Shown piece after piece: positions 41,231-50,401 of a DNA stretch of 64,000 nucleotides. A program made the position numbers and the translations under genes. Below the pieces are notes generated by a model. It made no database searches. It had not been told where the DNA came from and was given only the letters and a program-made list of their open reading frames with translations. This DNA comes from an uncultured delta proteobacterium (lineage in GTDB: Bacteria; Desulfobacterota; Binatia; JACPRU01). The stretch is taken from positions 448,001-512,000 of the forward strand of contig CAVUWD010000006.1 in the NCBI GenBank assembly GCA_963745025.1. The letters run 5' to 3'. The number at the start of each line of letters is the position of its first letter. The stretch's first letter is position 1.

Positions 41231-41704
41231 CTATTCGTCTGCGGCCTCGGCGACGAAATCCCCCACGCTGCCGCCGGTGATGTCCACCAGGACGTCGAAC
41301 GTCATGGGTACGGCCGAAGAGTCGGTGCCCGCAGCAGGATAGATCGTTTCATACGCGGAGAGACTGCGATCGATGAAGAGCGATATCGCGGCATCGATAC
41401 CGAACGGGCAGACCGCCCCCGGCCCGAACCCGGTCGCGGCGAGTGTTTCCTCTGCGCTCGCCATGCGCGACTTCACCCCAGTGACAGCCTTCAGCTTCGA
41501 AGATGAGATGCGACGGTCGCCGGGAGATACCACCATGAAGAACCGCCCGTCCTTGCCGACGAACAGGAGCGACTTGGCGATCTGGCCCACCTTGGCGCCG
41601 AGCTGCTGCGCGGCCAGCACGGACGTGGCCGTGCTTCCCGGCGCGAACTCTTTCGCCGTGAGTCCCTTTGCGGCGAGCACGGTGCGGACCTTTTCGGGAA
41701 TCAC
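41231..41704 (-). CDS. YbaK/EbsC aminoacyl-tRNA deacylase family
   Basis: QIAKSLLF, TGFGPGAVCPFG, YPAAGT. Confidence 0.88.
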   Translation of the reverse strand: MIPEKVRTVLAAKGLTAKEFAPGSTATSVLAAQQLGAKVGQIAKSLLFVGKDGRFFMVVSPGDRRISSSKLKAVTGVKSRMASAEETLAATGFGPGAVCPFGIDAAISLFIDRSLSAYETIYPAAGTDSSAVPMTFDVLVDITGGSVGDFVAEAADE

Positions 41705-41844
41705 GGGCTGGAAGTCTATTCGCCGGGGAGGGTAGCCGCTACAAAGCCGCATTCCGGTTCGAAATCGGCGGGTCGCTCGGCTTCTTGAGCCGCATCCAGC
41801 CCAGCTGCACCTTTTCGACATACGGCGCATCTCGACACCCGAAG

Positions 41845-42234
41845 CTCCCTGCTCACCTGGCTCGGGCTCTTGACGAATTCCGCAGTTTGGGAATTGAGTT
41901 CGTCTCCCTGCATGAAGCAATTGACACCTCGACCCCGCTCGGCAGAATGATTTTCCACGTTTCTGCTGCTTTCGCGGAACTCGAAAAGGAAATTATTCGG
42001 GAACGTGTCCGAGCGGGTCTTCGGAATGCCCGAAAGCGCGGTAAGAGGCTCGGCAGGCGGCGGGCGATGGTCAACGTCCAGGCGGTCGATGAGATGGCCT
42101 CCAGGGGGCTCTCGGGACGCGCGATCGCGAAGACGGTCGGGGTGTCGGAGGCGACGGTACGGCGGATCCTGCGGTCGAGTCGCGACAGCTCTGCAACGAT
42201 GGTCGCCGATGCGGCCTGCGCACCCGTTGCTTGA
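41845..42234 (+). pseudogene. Serine recombinase (resolvase/invertase), N-terminal catalytic part lost
   Basis: EFVSLHEAIDTSTPLGRMIF..FAELEKEIIRERVRAG..GRR and HTH; no Y.RVS motif. Confidence 0.85.
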
Positions 42235-42285
42235 ATCCCTGTAGCGCGGGGGTCTATGGGTGCTGACGGCCCCACGGGACCTTCG

Positions 42286-45200
42286 ATGCGTTGCCCAACC
42301 TGCGGCTTCGAAAACGCGAGCGGTATAAAGTTTTGCGGCGAGTGCGGCGCATCGCTGAAGATCAGGTGTTCGAGCTGCGGCTTCGAGAACGCCCCGGCGA
42401 TTAAGTTCTGCGGCGAATGCGGGAAGCCGCTCTCGGGGGGCAAGAAGCCAAGGCCGCCATCGGAGCCGCGTTCCTACACACCTAAGCACCTCGCCGAGAA
42501 GATTCTCACCACCCGCGCCGCCCTTGAAGGCGAGCGGAAGCAGGTGACCGTTCTCTTCGCCGATGTGAAGGGCTCGATGGATTTGTCGGAGTCGATCGAT
42601 CCCGAGGAGTGGCACCGGATCATGGATCGGTTCTTCCGGATCCTCGCCGACGGCGTCCACCGCTTTGAAGGCACCGTAAACGAGTATCGGGGGGATGGGA
42701 TCATGGCGCTGTTCGGAGCGCCGATCGCTCACGAAGACCACGCACAGCGCGCCTGCTACGCCGCGCTGTCCCTCCAGGATGATCTTCGCCGCTACGCGAA
42801 CGAGCTTCGCGTCGAGAAGGGAATCAGCTTCTCGGTGCGGATGGGGCTGAACTCGGGTGAGGTCGTCGTCGGCAAAGTCGGCGACGATCTGCGGATGGAC
42901 TACACGGCCCTCGGGCACACGGCGAGCCTTGCGGCCCGGATGGAGCAGATCGCTGAGCCGGGAAAGGCGTATCTCACCGAGCACACGGCAAAGGTCGTCG
43001 AGGGGATGTTTACGCTCCAGGATCTCGGCCGGATGACGGTGAAGGGCGTCAAGGAACCCGTCGCCGTGTACGAGCTTGGGGGCGTCGGGCGACTACGGCG
43101 CAGGCTCGATGTGTCACGCGCCCGTGGATTCTCGCGCTTCGTCGGCCGCAGCGACGAGATGGCAAGTTTGCAGGCGGATCTAGCGAAGGCAATTGCGGGG
43201 AACGGTCAAGTTGTGGGGATCGTGGCAGACCCAGGGGTGGGAAAGAGCCGACTCTGCATGGAGTTTACCACGCTCTGCCGAAGTCGGGGGATCGCGGTCT
43301 TCGAAGCGCACGGGGTCTCGCACGGCAAGGCGATTCCGTTCCTCCCGATCCTCGAACTGTTTCGCGGCTTCTTCGGCATCACCGAGCAGGACAGCGATCG
43401 GGCGGCCCGCGAAAAGATCACCGGGCGCATGCTCGTGCTCGATGAGGGGCTTCGCGACGCGCTGGCACCTGTCTTCGAGTTCCTCGGTGTCCCTGATTCG
43501 GAGCACCCGGCTCCGCGCATCGATCCGGACGCGCGACAACGGCAGCTCTTTGCAATCGTCAAGCGGGTAGCCGAGGCCCTCAGCCGCCGCGAGCCAGTGG
43601 TTACTCTTCTCGAAGACCTGCATTGGTTCGACCGAGGAAGTGAAGGGTTCGTCGAGGTGCTCGTTGAGACCGCCACGACGACGCGGAGCCTGCTCGTTCT
43701 CAACTTCCGGCCCGAGTACCGCGCGGGCTGGATGCAGAAGTCTTACTACCAGCAGCTCCCTCTCCAGCCGCTGACTGCCGAGATCGTCGGCGAGATGCTT
43801 CGAGACCTGCTCGGAACGGATCCATCGGTTTCCGGCCTCGCGGCCACGATCCGCGATCGGACAGGTGGAACCCCATTTTTCATTGAGGAGATCGTGCAGA
43901 CCCTCGTGGAAGACGGGAGCCTCCTCGGCACGAGAGGGAGTTATCGGCTGACTCGTCCGGTGGCGAATCTAGCGCTGCCAGCTACGGTCCAAGCGGTTCT
44001 CGCCGCGCGAATCGACCGGCTTGGGGAGCGCGAGAAGGAAGTGCTGCAGACCGCTGCCGTCATCGGGCGGGAAGTTCCCGCGACGATACTACGTCAGGTG
44101 TGCCGGGTGACCGGAAACGACTTGGCCGTTTCTCTCCGAGAGTTGATCGCGGCGGACTTTCTGTACGAAGCGGCGCTCTACCCGGAGGCGGAGTACACGT
44201 TCAAGCATCCTCTGACGCAGGAAGTGGCGTATCACACGCAGCTCGGGGATCGTCGCGCCCGTCTGCATGGCTCGGTCGCCCGTGCCCTACAGGCCCTCTA
44301 CCCCGAGAAACTGGATGAGAGCGCTGCGTTGATCGCCAACCATCTCGAAGAAGCGGGTGCGCCGCTCGACGCGGCGCAATGGCACGCTCGGGCTGCTGAA
44401 TGGGCGGGTGCGCACGACCGGGAAGCTGCTTTGCGGCATTGGCATCGCGTGAGGAAGCTCGTTGCTTCGATGACCGATTCGGAAGAAGCAATTGCGCTGG
44501 CTCTCAATTCACAGACGCAGCTACTGAACCTCTTTTGGCTCTTGGGGGTTTCGGAGGAAGAGGCCGCGATCGTCTTCAGCGAAGGGAAGATGCTTGCGAG
44601 TCGTGCCGGAGACGCCCGCGTGCTCGCATCGCTCAATACGTATTACGCTGGCATCCGCCTTGCTCACGGTGCCGAGGACCATCTCGTCTATGCCGAGGAG
44701 GCGGTGCGGCTGGCAGATGAATCGGGTGATGTCGCTCTAAGGCGGGTAGTCCGTCTCGCACTTGTGCGTTCGTTGCTGTTCACGGGGCGTTTTTCCGAAG
44801 CATTGAACTGTGCAGAGGAAGCCATGGAGCGACTCGCCCAAGACCCGACCCTTGGAATCGACGTGCTCGGCCAAAATCCGTATACGACACTTGCACAACT
44901 GCGCGCTGACCTCCTCCTTATCATGGGCCGCGTGGGTGACGGTGTTCCATGGTTTGAGAAGGCACTCCAGCGAGCCCGCGAGGACCGCGATCTCATCACA
45001 CTCGGCTCCACGTACGCCGACTACGGTGGGATGGGCTCGGAGGTAATAGATCCGCAGGTTGCCCTGGCCCACGCGCGCCAAGGAGTAGAGCTGGGAGAGA
45101 ACGTCAGTGGGGCGCAGTGGCTAGCCTTCGCCTATGCACAGCTCGGGCGTGCATTCATCCGCGTCGGATCGTACCTCGAAGCCGTGAAGTCGTTGGAGCG

Positions 45201-45654
45201 GTTCCGGGAAATCGTACGGGAATCGCACGTCGGGTTGGAGGCCGAGCCGTTCGCGACAGCCTACTTGGCGGAAGCTTATCTCTATAGCGGCGAAACCGAT
45301 CGCGCTCTGCGAATGGCTGAGGAAGCAGTTGCGAGAGCGCGTCAGCGCTCCATCGGTCTACTCCCGGTCGCGCTAGTGAAATTGGCGCTGGTTCTCTTGC
45401 GGACGAAGGGCCTCGAATCCCGTGGCCCGATCGAGACAGCTCTCGACGAAGCGTCTCGACTCTCGCGGCAAATGGAATTCAAGATCGCCGAAGCGTTGGT
45501 TTGCGGCGAGCGTGCCGCGCTGGCGCATCTTGCGGGCGACGAAGCTACCCAGCAGCGCGAGCTTGGCGAGGCGCAGCGACTTTTCCTTGAGATGGGTGCA
45601 CCGATCCGGGCTGCCGGGATCGCAAGGGAGTTCGGCTTGGCGACCGCCTCCTGA
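42286..45654 (+). CDS. DZR + class III nucleotide cyclase + STAND/AAA ATPase + TPR protein
   Basis: Four CxxC; VLFADVKGS, GDGIMALFG, LAARME; PGVGKSRL, LLEDLHW; GTPFFIEE. Confidence 0.92.
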   Translation: MRCPTCGFENASGIKFCGECGASLKIRCSSCGFENAPAIKFCGECGKPLSGGKKPRPPSEPRSYTPKHLAEKILTTRAALEGERKQVTVLFADVKGSMDLSESIDPEEWHRIMDRFFRILADGVHRFEGTVNEYRGDGIMALFGAPIAHEDHAQRACYAALSLQDDLRRYANELRVEKGISFSVRMGLNSGEVVVGKVGDDLRMDYTALGHTASLAARMEQIAEPGKAYLTEHTAKVVEGMFTLQDLGRMTVKGVKEPVAVYELGGVGRLRRRLDVSRARGFSRFVGRSDEMASLQADLAKAIAGNGQVVGIVADPGVGKSRLCMEFTTLCRSRGIAVFEAHGVSHGKAIPFLPILELFRGFFGITEQDSDRAAREKITGRMLVLDEGLRDALAPVFEFLGVPDSEHPAPRIDPDARQRQLFAIVKRVAEALSRREPVVTLLEDLHWFDRGSEGFVEVLVETATTTRSLLVLNFRPEYRAGWMQKSYYQQLPLQPLTAEIVGEMLRDLLGTDPSVSGLAATIRDRTGGTPFFIEEIVQTLVEDGSLLGTRGSYRLTRPVANLALPATVQAVLAARIDRLGEREKEVLQTAAVIGREVPATILRQVCRVTGNDLAVSLRELIAADFLYEAALYPEAEYTFKHPLTQEVAYHTQLGDRRARLHGSVARALQALYPEKLDESAALIANHLEEAGAPLDAAQWHARAAEWAGAHDREAALRHWHRVRKLVASMTDSEEAIALALNSQTQLLNLFWLLGVSEEEAAIVFSEGKMLASRAGDARVLASLNTYYAGIRLAHGAEDHLVYAEEAVRLADESGDVALRRVVRLALVRSLLFTGRFSEALNCAEEAMERLAQDPTLGIDVLGQNPYTTLAQLRADLLLIMGRVGDGVPWFEKALQRAREDRDLITLGSTYADYGGMGSEVIDPQVALAHARQGVELGENVSGAQWLAFAYAQLGRAFIRVGSYLEAVKSLERFREIVRESHVGLEAEPFATAYLAEAYLYSGETDRALRMAEEAVARARQRSIGLLPVALVKLALVLLRTKGLESRGPIETALDEASRLSRQMEFKIAEALVCGERAALAHLAGDEATQQRELGEAQRLFLEMGAPIRAAGIAREFGLATAS

Positions 45655-45800
45655 GGTACGTCAAAAACCTCTCCGCATCGCCCTGAAAAACCTCAACGTT
45701 TGCAGGGTCCGCCAAGCGCGGCCAGAGAGGATCAAGAGTTTTTGACCCGGAAATATCGGCGAGGATAGGCTGAACCGCAAGGCGTTGGACGGATTTACCC

Positions 45801-46334
45801 TTGTTCCAACCGGATTTGTCACCGAACCAAATTTTGCCCTCGGGAGCAGCCGCCGAGAGCAGCCTCGCGGTCGGATGGCTCGAAAGTAGCCACGAGTTTC
45901 CGCGCGGCGAGACGTCCGAGGAATTTCACGAGAAGCTCGCCTGGCTATGCACGAACGAGCAGGTTCAGCAGACACGGGGCTTTCACCTTTGCGACTTATG
46001 CCCACCGATGGAGTGGGGCACGCACAGGGTCGTCCTCAACGGGTCCTTGACCCGCCGCGAGTACCTGCTCGGTACCGCCGAGATTCGTGTTCGCGACGCC
46101 GACGTTACCTTCGCTGCGCCAACCCTCATCCTTCACTACGTAGTAGATCATGCGTACCTGCCACCGGAGGCCTTTGCGCGCGCTGTGTTAGCAAGCAGCC
46201 AGCGGCTCCAGCGTTCCACCTGGACAATCGTTCGAGGACCCTACTGGCAAACAGAACAGCCACCTCTCGCGCGGCGAGAGCGGCGAAGTCTCCGCGAACA
46301 GTTTCGTCGATGGCTTGCTCGCCTCTGGCGCTGA
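45801..46334 (+). CDS. Conserved hypothetical Cys/His protein
   Basis: VGWL, TRGFHLCDLC, GTAEIRV, AAPTLILHYVVDHAYLPP. Confidence 0.7.
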   Translation: MFQPDLSPNQILPSGAAAESSLAVGWLESSHEFPRGETSEEFHEKLAWLCTNEQVQQTRGFHLCDLCPPMEWGTHRVVLNGSLTRREYLLGTAEIRVRDADVTFAAPTLILHYVVDHAYLPPEAFARAVLASSQRLQRSTWTIVRGPYWQTEQPPLARRERRSLREQFRRWLARLWR

Positions 46335-46424
46335 CCCCGATCCACTCCCTATCAGCTAACAGCGGGGCACGAACATTGCCGGAAGCATTCGCGATTGTAC
46401 TTTGTGCGGACATCGCCGACATCT

Positions 46425-47657
46425 TTCCGGTCGATCTAAAGACCAATCAGGGACCATCGATACGGTTTGCAAGTTCGGCGCAACGACAGGAGGAATCCGA
46501 TGCGAGACGAGGCGAAAAAGGTCACCGGGGGTTGTCTGTGCGGCAAAGTACGTTACGAGGCACACGTTTTTCTGAAAAGCGGCTACTATTGCCATTGCCG
46601 TATGTGTCAGAAGAGCTGCGGCCAACCTGCCGACATCTCCGTGCCGATCAAGGCGGGCACCCTGCTTTTTACGAAGTCGAAGCCGAAGTACTACGTTTCG
46701 TCACAATATGGAAAGCGTGGATTTTGTGACGACTGCGGGTCGCGGCTCTCATGGCAGGCTCTAGATCCACAAAACGATTGGATGACGAATGTGACGGTTG
46801 GTTCGCTCGATAACTCCGAGGAGGTAGAGCCATACCGGCATATTTTCGTAGATACGAAGCTGCTCTGGTACAACGTCGATGAACAATTGCCGAAGTTTAA
46901 AGAAGCAGAGATCGAAGCCATGTTGGATGTCTGGAAGCAAGAACGGATGTTGGACGATTGAGATCCAGTTACTCCCTGGCCATAAGGAACGAGCAGCCCG
47001 GCCCGCGCCTATCGTCCTTGGGAGCTTCCAACGCAGGTCTCGATGAGCGCAGCCAACTACGCTTTCCGCTTGCACTCAGCTTGGTGTTGGTGGGAGTATC
47101 TGGGTCGCGATCAAGCTTCAAAACCGAGATTCCGTTAACGGGCTTTCTTTAGTACCAATCTGAAGAAGGGGGACAGAGATGAAAACGTGTGGATCGACTA
47201 TGGCGGCTATCGTGATCGCAGCTGGTTTCGTGCTGAGCACCGGCTTCAATGCGAACGCGGCGGGCAGCGCGAAAGAGCAGATAACCGAGATTGAAAATAA
47301 GATGATTGCCGCGACCAACGCAGACGAGTTGATGAAGTACTACGACGACCAAGATGTCACCCTCTACGACGTCACCCCGCCGTTACAATTCAAGGGAGCC
47401 AGCGCCGTACGCGGCGATTTCGCCAACTTTTTCAGCAGCGCCGCCGACCTTAAAGCAGAATTCGTCGAACTCGCGGTCGTCGCGGAGGGCAACATGGGGA
47501 TGGCCCTCAGCATCCAGCACTTCACCTGGAAGGATAAGGACGGAAAGCCCGTAGCGATCACCTTTCGTGAGACCGATGTCTTTCACAAGGTCAAAGGCCA
47601 ATGGAAGGTCATGCACACCCACCTTTCCGTTCCGGTCGATCTAAAGACCAATCAGGG
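46425..47657 (+). repeat. 28-bp perfect direct repeat (46425-46452 and 47630-47657)
   Basis: TTCCGGTCGATCTAAAGACCAATCAGGG occurs twice. Confidence 0.9.
46500..46961 (+). CDS. GFA/CENP-V family protein
   Basis: GGCLCGKVRY, CHCRMCQK, RGFCDDCGS. Confidence 0.92.
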   Translation: MRDEAKKVTGGCLCGKVRYEAHVFLKSGYYCHCRMCQKSCGQPADISVPIKAGTLLFTKSKPKYYVSSQYGKRGFCDDCGSRLSWQALDPQNDWMTNVTVGSLDNSEEVEPYRHIFVDTKLLWYNVDEQLPKFKEAEIEAMLDVWKQERMLDD

Positions 47658-47679
47658 GCAGTTGAATCTGAAGCCATAA
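47179..47679 (+). CDS. Exported SnoaL/NTF2-like protein
   Basis: Signal peptide; YDVTPPLQFKG; RETDVFHKVKGQWKVMHTHLSVP. Confidence 0.88.
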   Translation: MKTCGSTMAAIVIAAGFVLSTGFNANAAGSAKEQITEIENKMIAATNADELMKYYDDQDVTLYDVTPPLQFKGASAVRGDFANFFSSAADLKAEFVELAVVAEGNMGMALSIQHFTWKDKDGKPVAITFRETDVFHKVKGQWKVMHTHLSVPVDLKTNQGQLNLKP

Positions 47680-47864
47680 CGACGCGTTTGTCGAGGACCA
47701 CAAGATCTGTTTCCACCCACACCGTTTCCGGAAGAACCACTTTTCCAGGGGCGTGGTTCCCCTCATCTTCCTGTCTCGGGGCCTTAGGCGAGCAAAGGTA
47801 ACTGACACTCGAAACACGACGAATAAGTTGGAACGCTTGGCGCTAGACGCGTCATAATAGATCT

Positions 47865-47930
47865 AGAACGCAGACGGCCGAGTCTGCGTCCAGGCCCCGA
47901 TCGGGAATTCCCCCGGTCGGGGCTTTTTTT
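47865..47930 (+). ncRNA. Putative short RNA or attenuator: two hairpins and a U7 terminator after a CATAAT -10 box
   Basis: ACGCAGAC/GTCTGCGT stem; GCCCCGATCGGG/CCCGGTCGGGGC plus T7; CATAAT at 47853. Confidence 0.5.
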
Positions 47931-47986
47931 ATGTCTCGGCCAAGAGAACGTCGCCGTCCGGAAGGGCGAGCGACAAGGAGGTCATC

Positions 47987-48154
47987 ATGTTGAAGGGTCT
48001 CTTGAAGTTGGCGTCCGGCATCGTGGTGCTCGGCGCCTCAGTGTCGGCGGCAGTCGCCGCGACAGGCGTTGCGGGCGACGGTTTGGTCGAGACCTTCGGT
48101 GGTCCGGAGTCTGACAAGGCGACCGAAGGCGCAGTGAGCCGCAAGGCGAGCTGA
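47987..48154 (+). CDS. 55-aa peptide with hydrophobic N-terminus
   Basis: AAGGAGGT RBS; MLKGLLKLASGIVVLGASVSAAVAATG... Confidence 0.6.
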   Translation: MLKGLLKLASGIVVLGASVSAAVAATGVAGDGLVETFGGPESDKATEGAVSRKAS

Positions 48155-48280
48155 CCTCGACCGCAATCGGAAGAGGGGCCGGGTATCCGTAAGGGTGCCC
48201 GGCCCCTTCTGCATTCCAGAGGGGAAAAATCATGTCCGAGAGATGAATCAGCGAAGGTCGACAAATCAGGTGGCGACAGT

Positions 48281-48718
48281 GTGCCCATATACAGGGTCGC
48301 TCTCGTCCGGGAATCCAGTGTGATTGGATCAACAACCTCGACGCCGATCCAGAAGTCGTCAGAAGCGGCCGAAATCCTCCGTCCGCTCTTTGCCGAGCTC
48401 GATCGCGAACAGTTCGTGGTCCTGATGCTCGACGCGAAGCACCGCCCGCTCGGGACGAGCGTCATCTCGATCGGCAGCTTGACCGCATCGATCGTTCATC
48501 CCCGCGAAGTCTTCAAGCCAGCGATCCTCGCCAACTCGGCGGCAGTTATCGTCGCGCACAATCACCCGTCGGGGAGTCCTGAACCAAGCGCGGAGGACAT
48601 TGAGATCAGTCGTCGCCTTCGGGAGGCCGGAGAGCTTCTCGGCATTCGCGTCCTCGATTCACTCATTTTCGGCGCGGAGAGCGCGCTCTATTCGTTCGTC
48701 GACGCGGGGCGCTGGTGA
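48281..48718 (+). CDS. radC: RadC/JAB-domain protein
   Basis: REQF..LD, VHPREVFK, AHNHPSG..PSAED (JAMM motif); true start may be the out-of-frame ATG at 48232. Confidence 0.92.
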   Translation: MPIYRVALVRESSVIGSTTSTPIQKSSEAAEILRPLFAELDREQFVVLMLDAKHRPLGTSVISIGSLTASIVHPREVFKPAILANSAAVIVAHNHPSGSPEPSAEDIEISRRLREAGELLGIRVLDSLIFGAESALYSFVDAGRW

Positions 48719-48754
48719 GCGAGGCCATTCACTACCAACAAGAAGGAGGACGGA

Positions 48755-49103
48755 ATGAAGCGGAACCATACGGCCGCTACATGACGCCAGGAAACTCTGG
48801 GCGCGAATCGAGACAGCAGTAACGACGCAGAGCTCCGCCGCGAGGTCATCGATCAGGAAGCAGTGGAAACGTTCGTGGGTGGGAAAGACCGCTTGGCCCT
48901 GGGTCAAGCGGGAGATCGAGATCGTCACAAAGGTCGCCGGGGTTGTCACCGTGTCGCTGTGGCTGAAGCGACTGATCGAGCAGTTTCTCGGCAAGAAAGT
49001 GCTGAATGAGCCTGTCCTTCGAGGCGGAGTGAACGACATCGTCCGGGGGATCGAAGACGACGTCGAGCAAAGGAGGCCGGGCCATGCTCGGAGCAGGGAA
49101 TAA
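48755..49103 (+). pseudogene. Hypothetical protein with early +1 frameshift
   Basis: AGGGAGG RBS and ATG at 48755; removing one base joins it to LHDARKLWARIET... Confidence 0.4.
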
Positions 49104-49746
49104 TCTCATCATAACTGTTGAGCCAATGAAGGAGGAGGCGAAGGGGCGGCAGGAAGAAGTACGAGCGGCAGTCGAGAACACAGGATCAGGCCTCCGCGAG
49201 TGGATCATCGAGGAGTCGGCGTGGTTGGTCGCACAATTCACGAAAGTAGCGCTCTCGGTCGCCGTCGTTCGGGGCATCCATCAGCTATTCAAGATCGGAT
49301 TTGCAAGCGAGTCGGCGTATCAACGAGCGCCGGATCTGTGGAGCCACGGGCATCAGGACCGAGATCATCGACCTGGAAGCGGCGGTTACGCTCATCCAGG
49401 CGGTGGCGCTACGGGTCCGTGGCAAGCGAATGGGCCCGAGAATATTCGAAACTCAACGCCACATGGCGACACTGCCAGCGGCAATACCGTTCCCGAAAAT
49501 CCTCGCTACGTGACCTCGTGTGGAGGCTATCATTTGTATATCCACCGACGAATTCTGAACCCAGGTAAGCAGTTCTGGCCCTGCCCGCTCTTGTACGTGA
49601 GGGCCTGCGAGAGCTGTTCCTTTTTCGAATACGACCACGGTGGAAGACCGCAGTGTGCGGCGCTCGTGAAGCTCCGAATGGTCCTCGACGGCAATGACGG
49701 CGGCGAGGATCTCGACGAGATCAGAGATTGGATACGAAGCTCGTGA
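49084..49746 (+). CDS. Hypothetical protein with Cys-rich C-terminus
   Basis: [18 protein letters not shown]; may be two frameshift-fused genes. Confidence 0.45.
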   Translation: MLGAGNNLIITVEPMKEEAKGRQEEVRAAVENTGSGLREWIIEESAWLVAQFTKVALSVAVVRGIHQLFKIGFASESAYQRAPDLWSHGHQDRDHRPGSGGYAHPGGGATGPWQANGPENIRNSTPHGDTASGNTVPENPRYVTSCGGYHLYIHRRILNPGKQFWPCPLLYVRACESCSFFEYDHGGRPQCAALVKLRMVLDGNDGGEDLDEIRDWIRSS

Positions 49747-49771
49747 GAAACGAGCAGAAAGGAAGACTAGA

Positions 49772-49963
49772 GTGAAAGACGTCTACGCAATCTACGAGAC
49801 CAAGACCGACGGAAAAGAAAGAGCTCGATGGGTCCGAATCGGAGTGGCGTTCGAAAACCGCGATGGCTCGGTCAACGTGCTCTTGGATGCGCTCCCATTG
49901 AGCGGACGGCTCCAGATCCGTGACCGCGCGGAGTCACAAAACGGAAAGGAGCAGCCAAGATGA
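49772..49963 (+). CDS. Small DUF736-like / putative ssDNA-binding protein
   Basis: [43 protein letters not shown]. Confidence 0.75.
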   Translation: MKDVYAIYETKTDGKERARWVRIGVAFENRDGSVNVLLDALPLSGRLQIRDRAESQNGKEQPR

Positions 49964-50232
49964 AACATCCCGCACGTCATGTCTCGCGGCGCTTACGAAA
50001 GGTACGAAAGGGACAGCGGGCTCTCTCCCGGCAAGTGTCACGCACCGCGACGATGATCAGGGCGGACCCAGCGTGTCGGAGGGTGCTAGTCGAACTCCTG
50101 AAACACGTGGCCGAGATCGCGGCCCGAGCCATGGTAATGTTGGCGGTGAATCGATGCCTGCGCGCTGGACTCTCATCACGAGGACAGGCGCGCGTGATTC
50201 CGATCCGTTTGAAGCCCACCGCCGTATCCTGA
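49960..50232 (+). CDS. Basic hypothetical protein
   Basis: ATGA-coupled to previous gene; AAGGAG RBS. Confidence 0.5.
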   Translation: MKHPARHVSRRLRKVRKGQRALSRQVSRTATMIRADPACRRVLVELLKHVAEIAARAMVMLAVNRCLRAGLSSRGQARVIPIRLKPTAVS

Positions 50233-50243
50233 TCCGTCTTCAT

Positions 50244-50374
50244 CTCCGGTGATTCTCACCGGAGCTAGTCCCAACGACAACACCGCCGATCACTCGGCAG
50301 CTTTCACGCCGAGCGCCTCTGACTTCGGAGGATGGGCACTCGTCTGCCCGTTCCCGGAGTCGGAGGTCGGCGGT
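50244..50374 (+). ncRNA. Structured RNA-like leader upstream of the clamp gene
   Basis: Outer stem ACCGCCGA/TCGGCGGT enclosing CTCGGC/GCCGAG and a ~22-bp hairpin with four G-U pairs (plus-strand specific). Confidence 0.55.
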
Positions 50375-50401
50375 CTCACCAAACAAGAAGGAGTCCTTGT
50401 C

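Noticed and set aside
42232-42250. GAATCCCT..GCGCG as degenerate attR
   Set aside because: Too short and gapped to distinguish from chance
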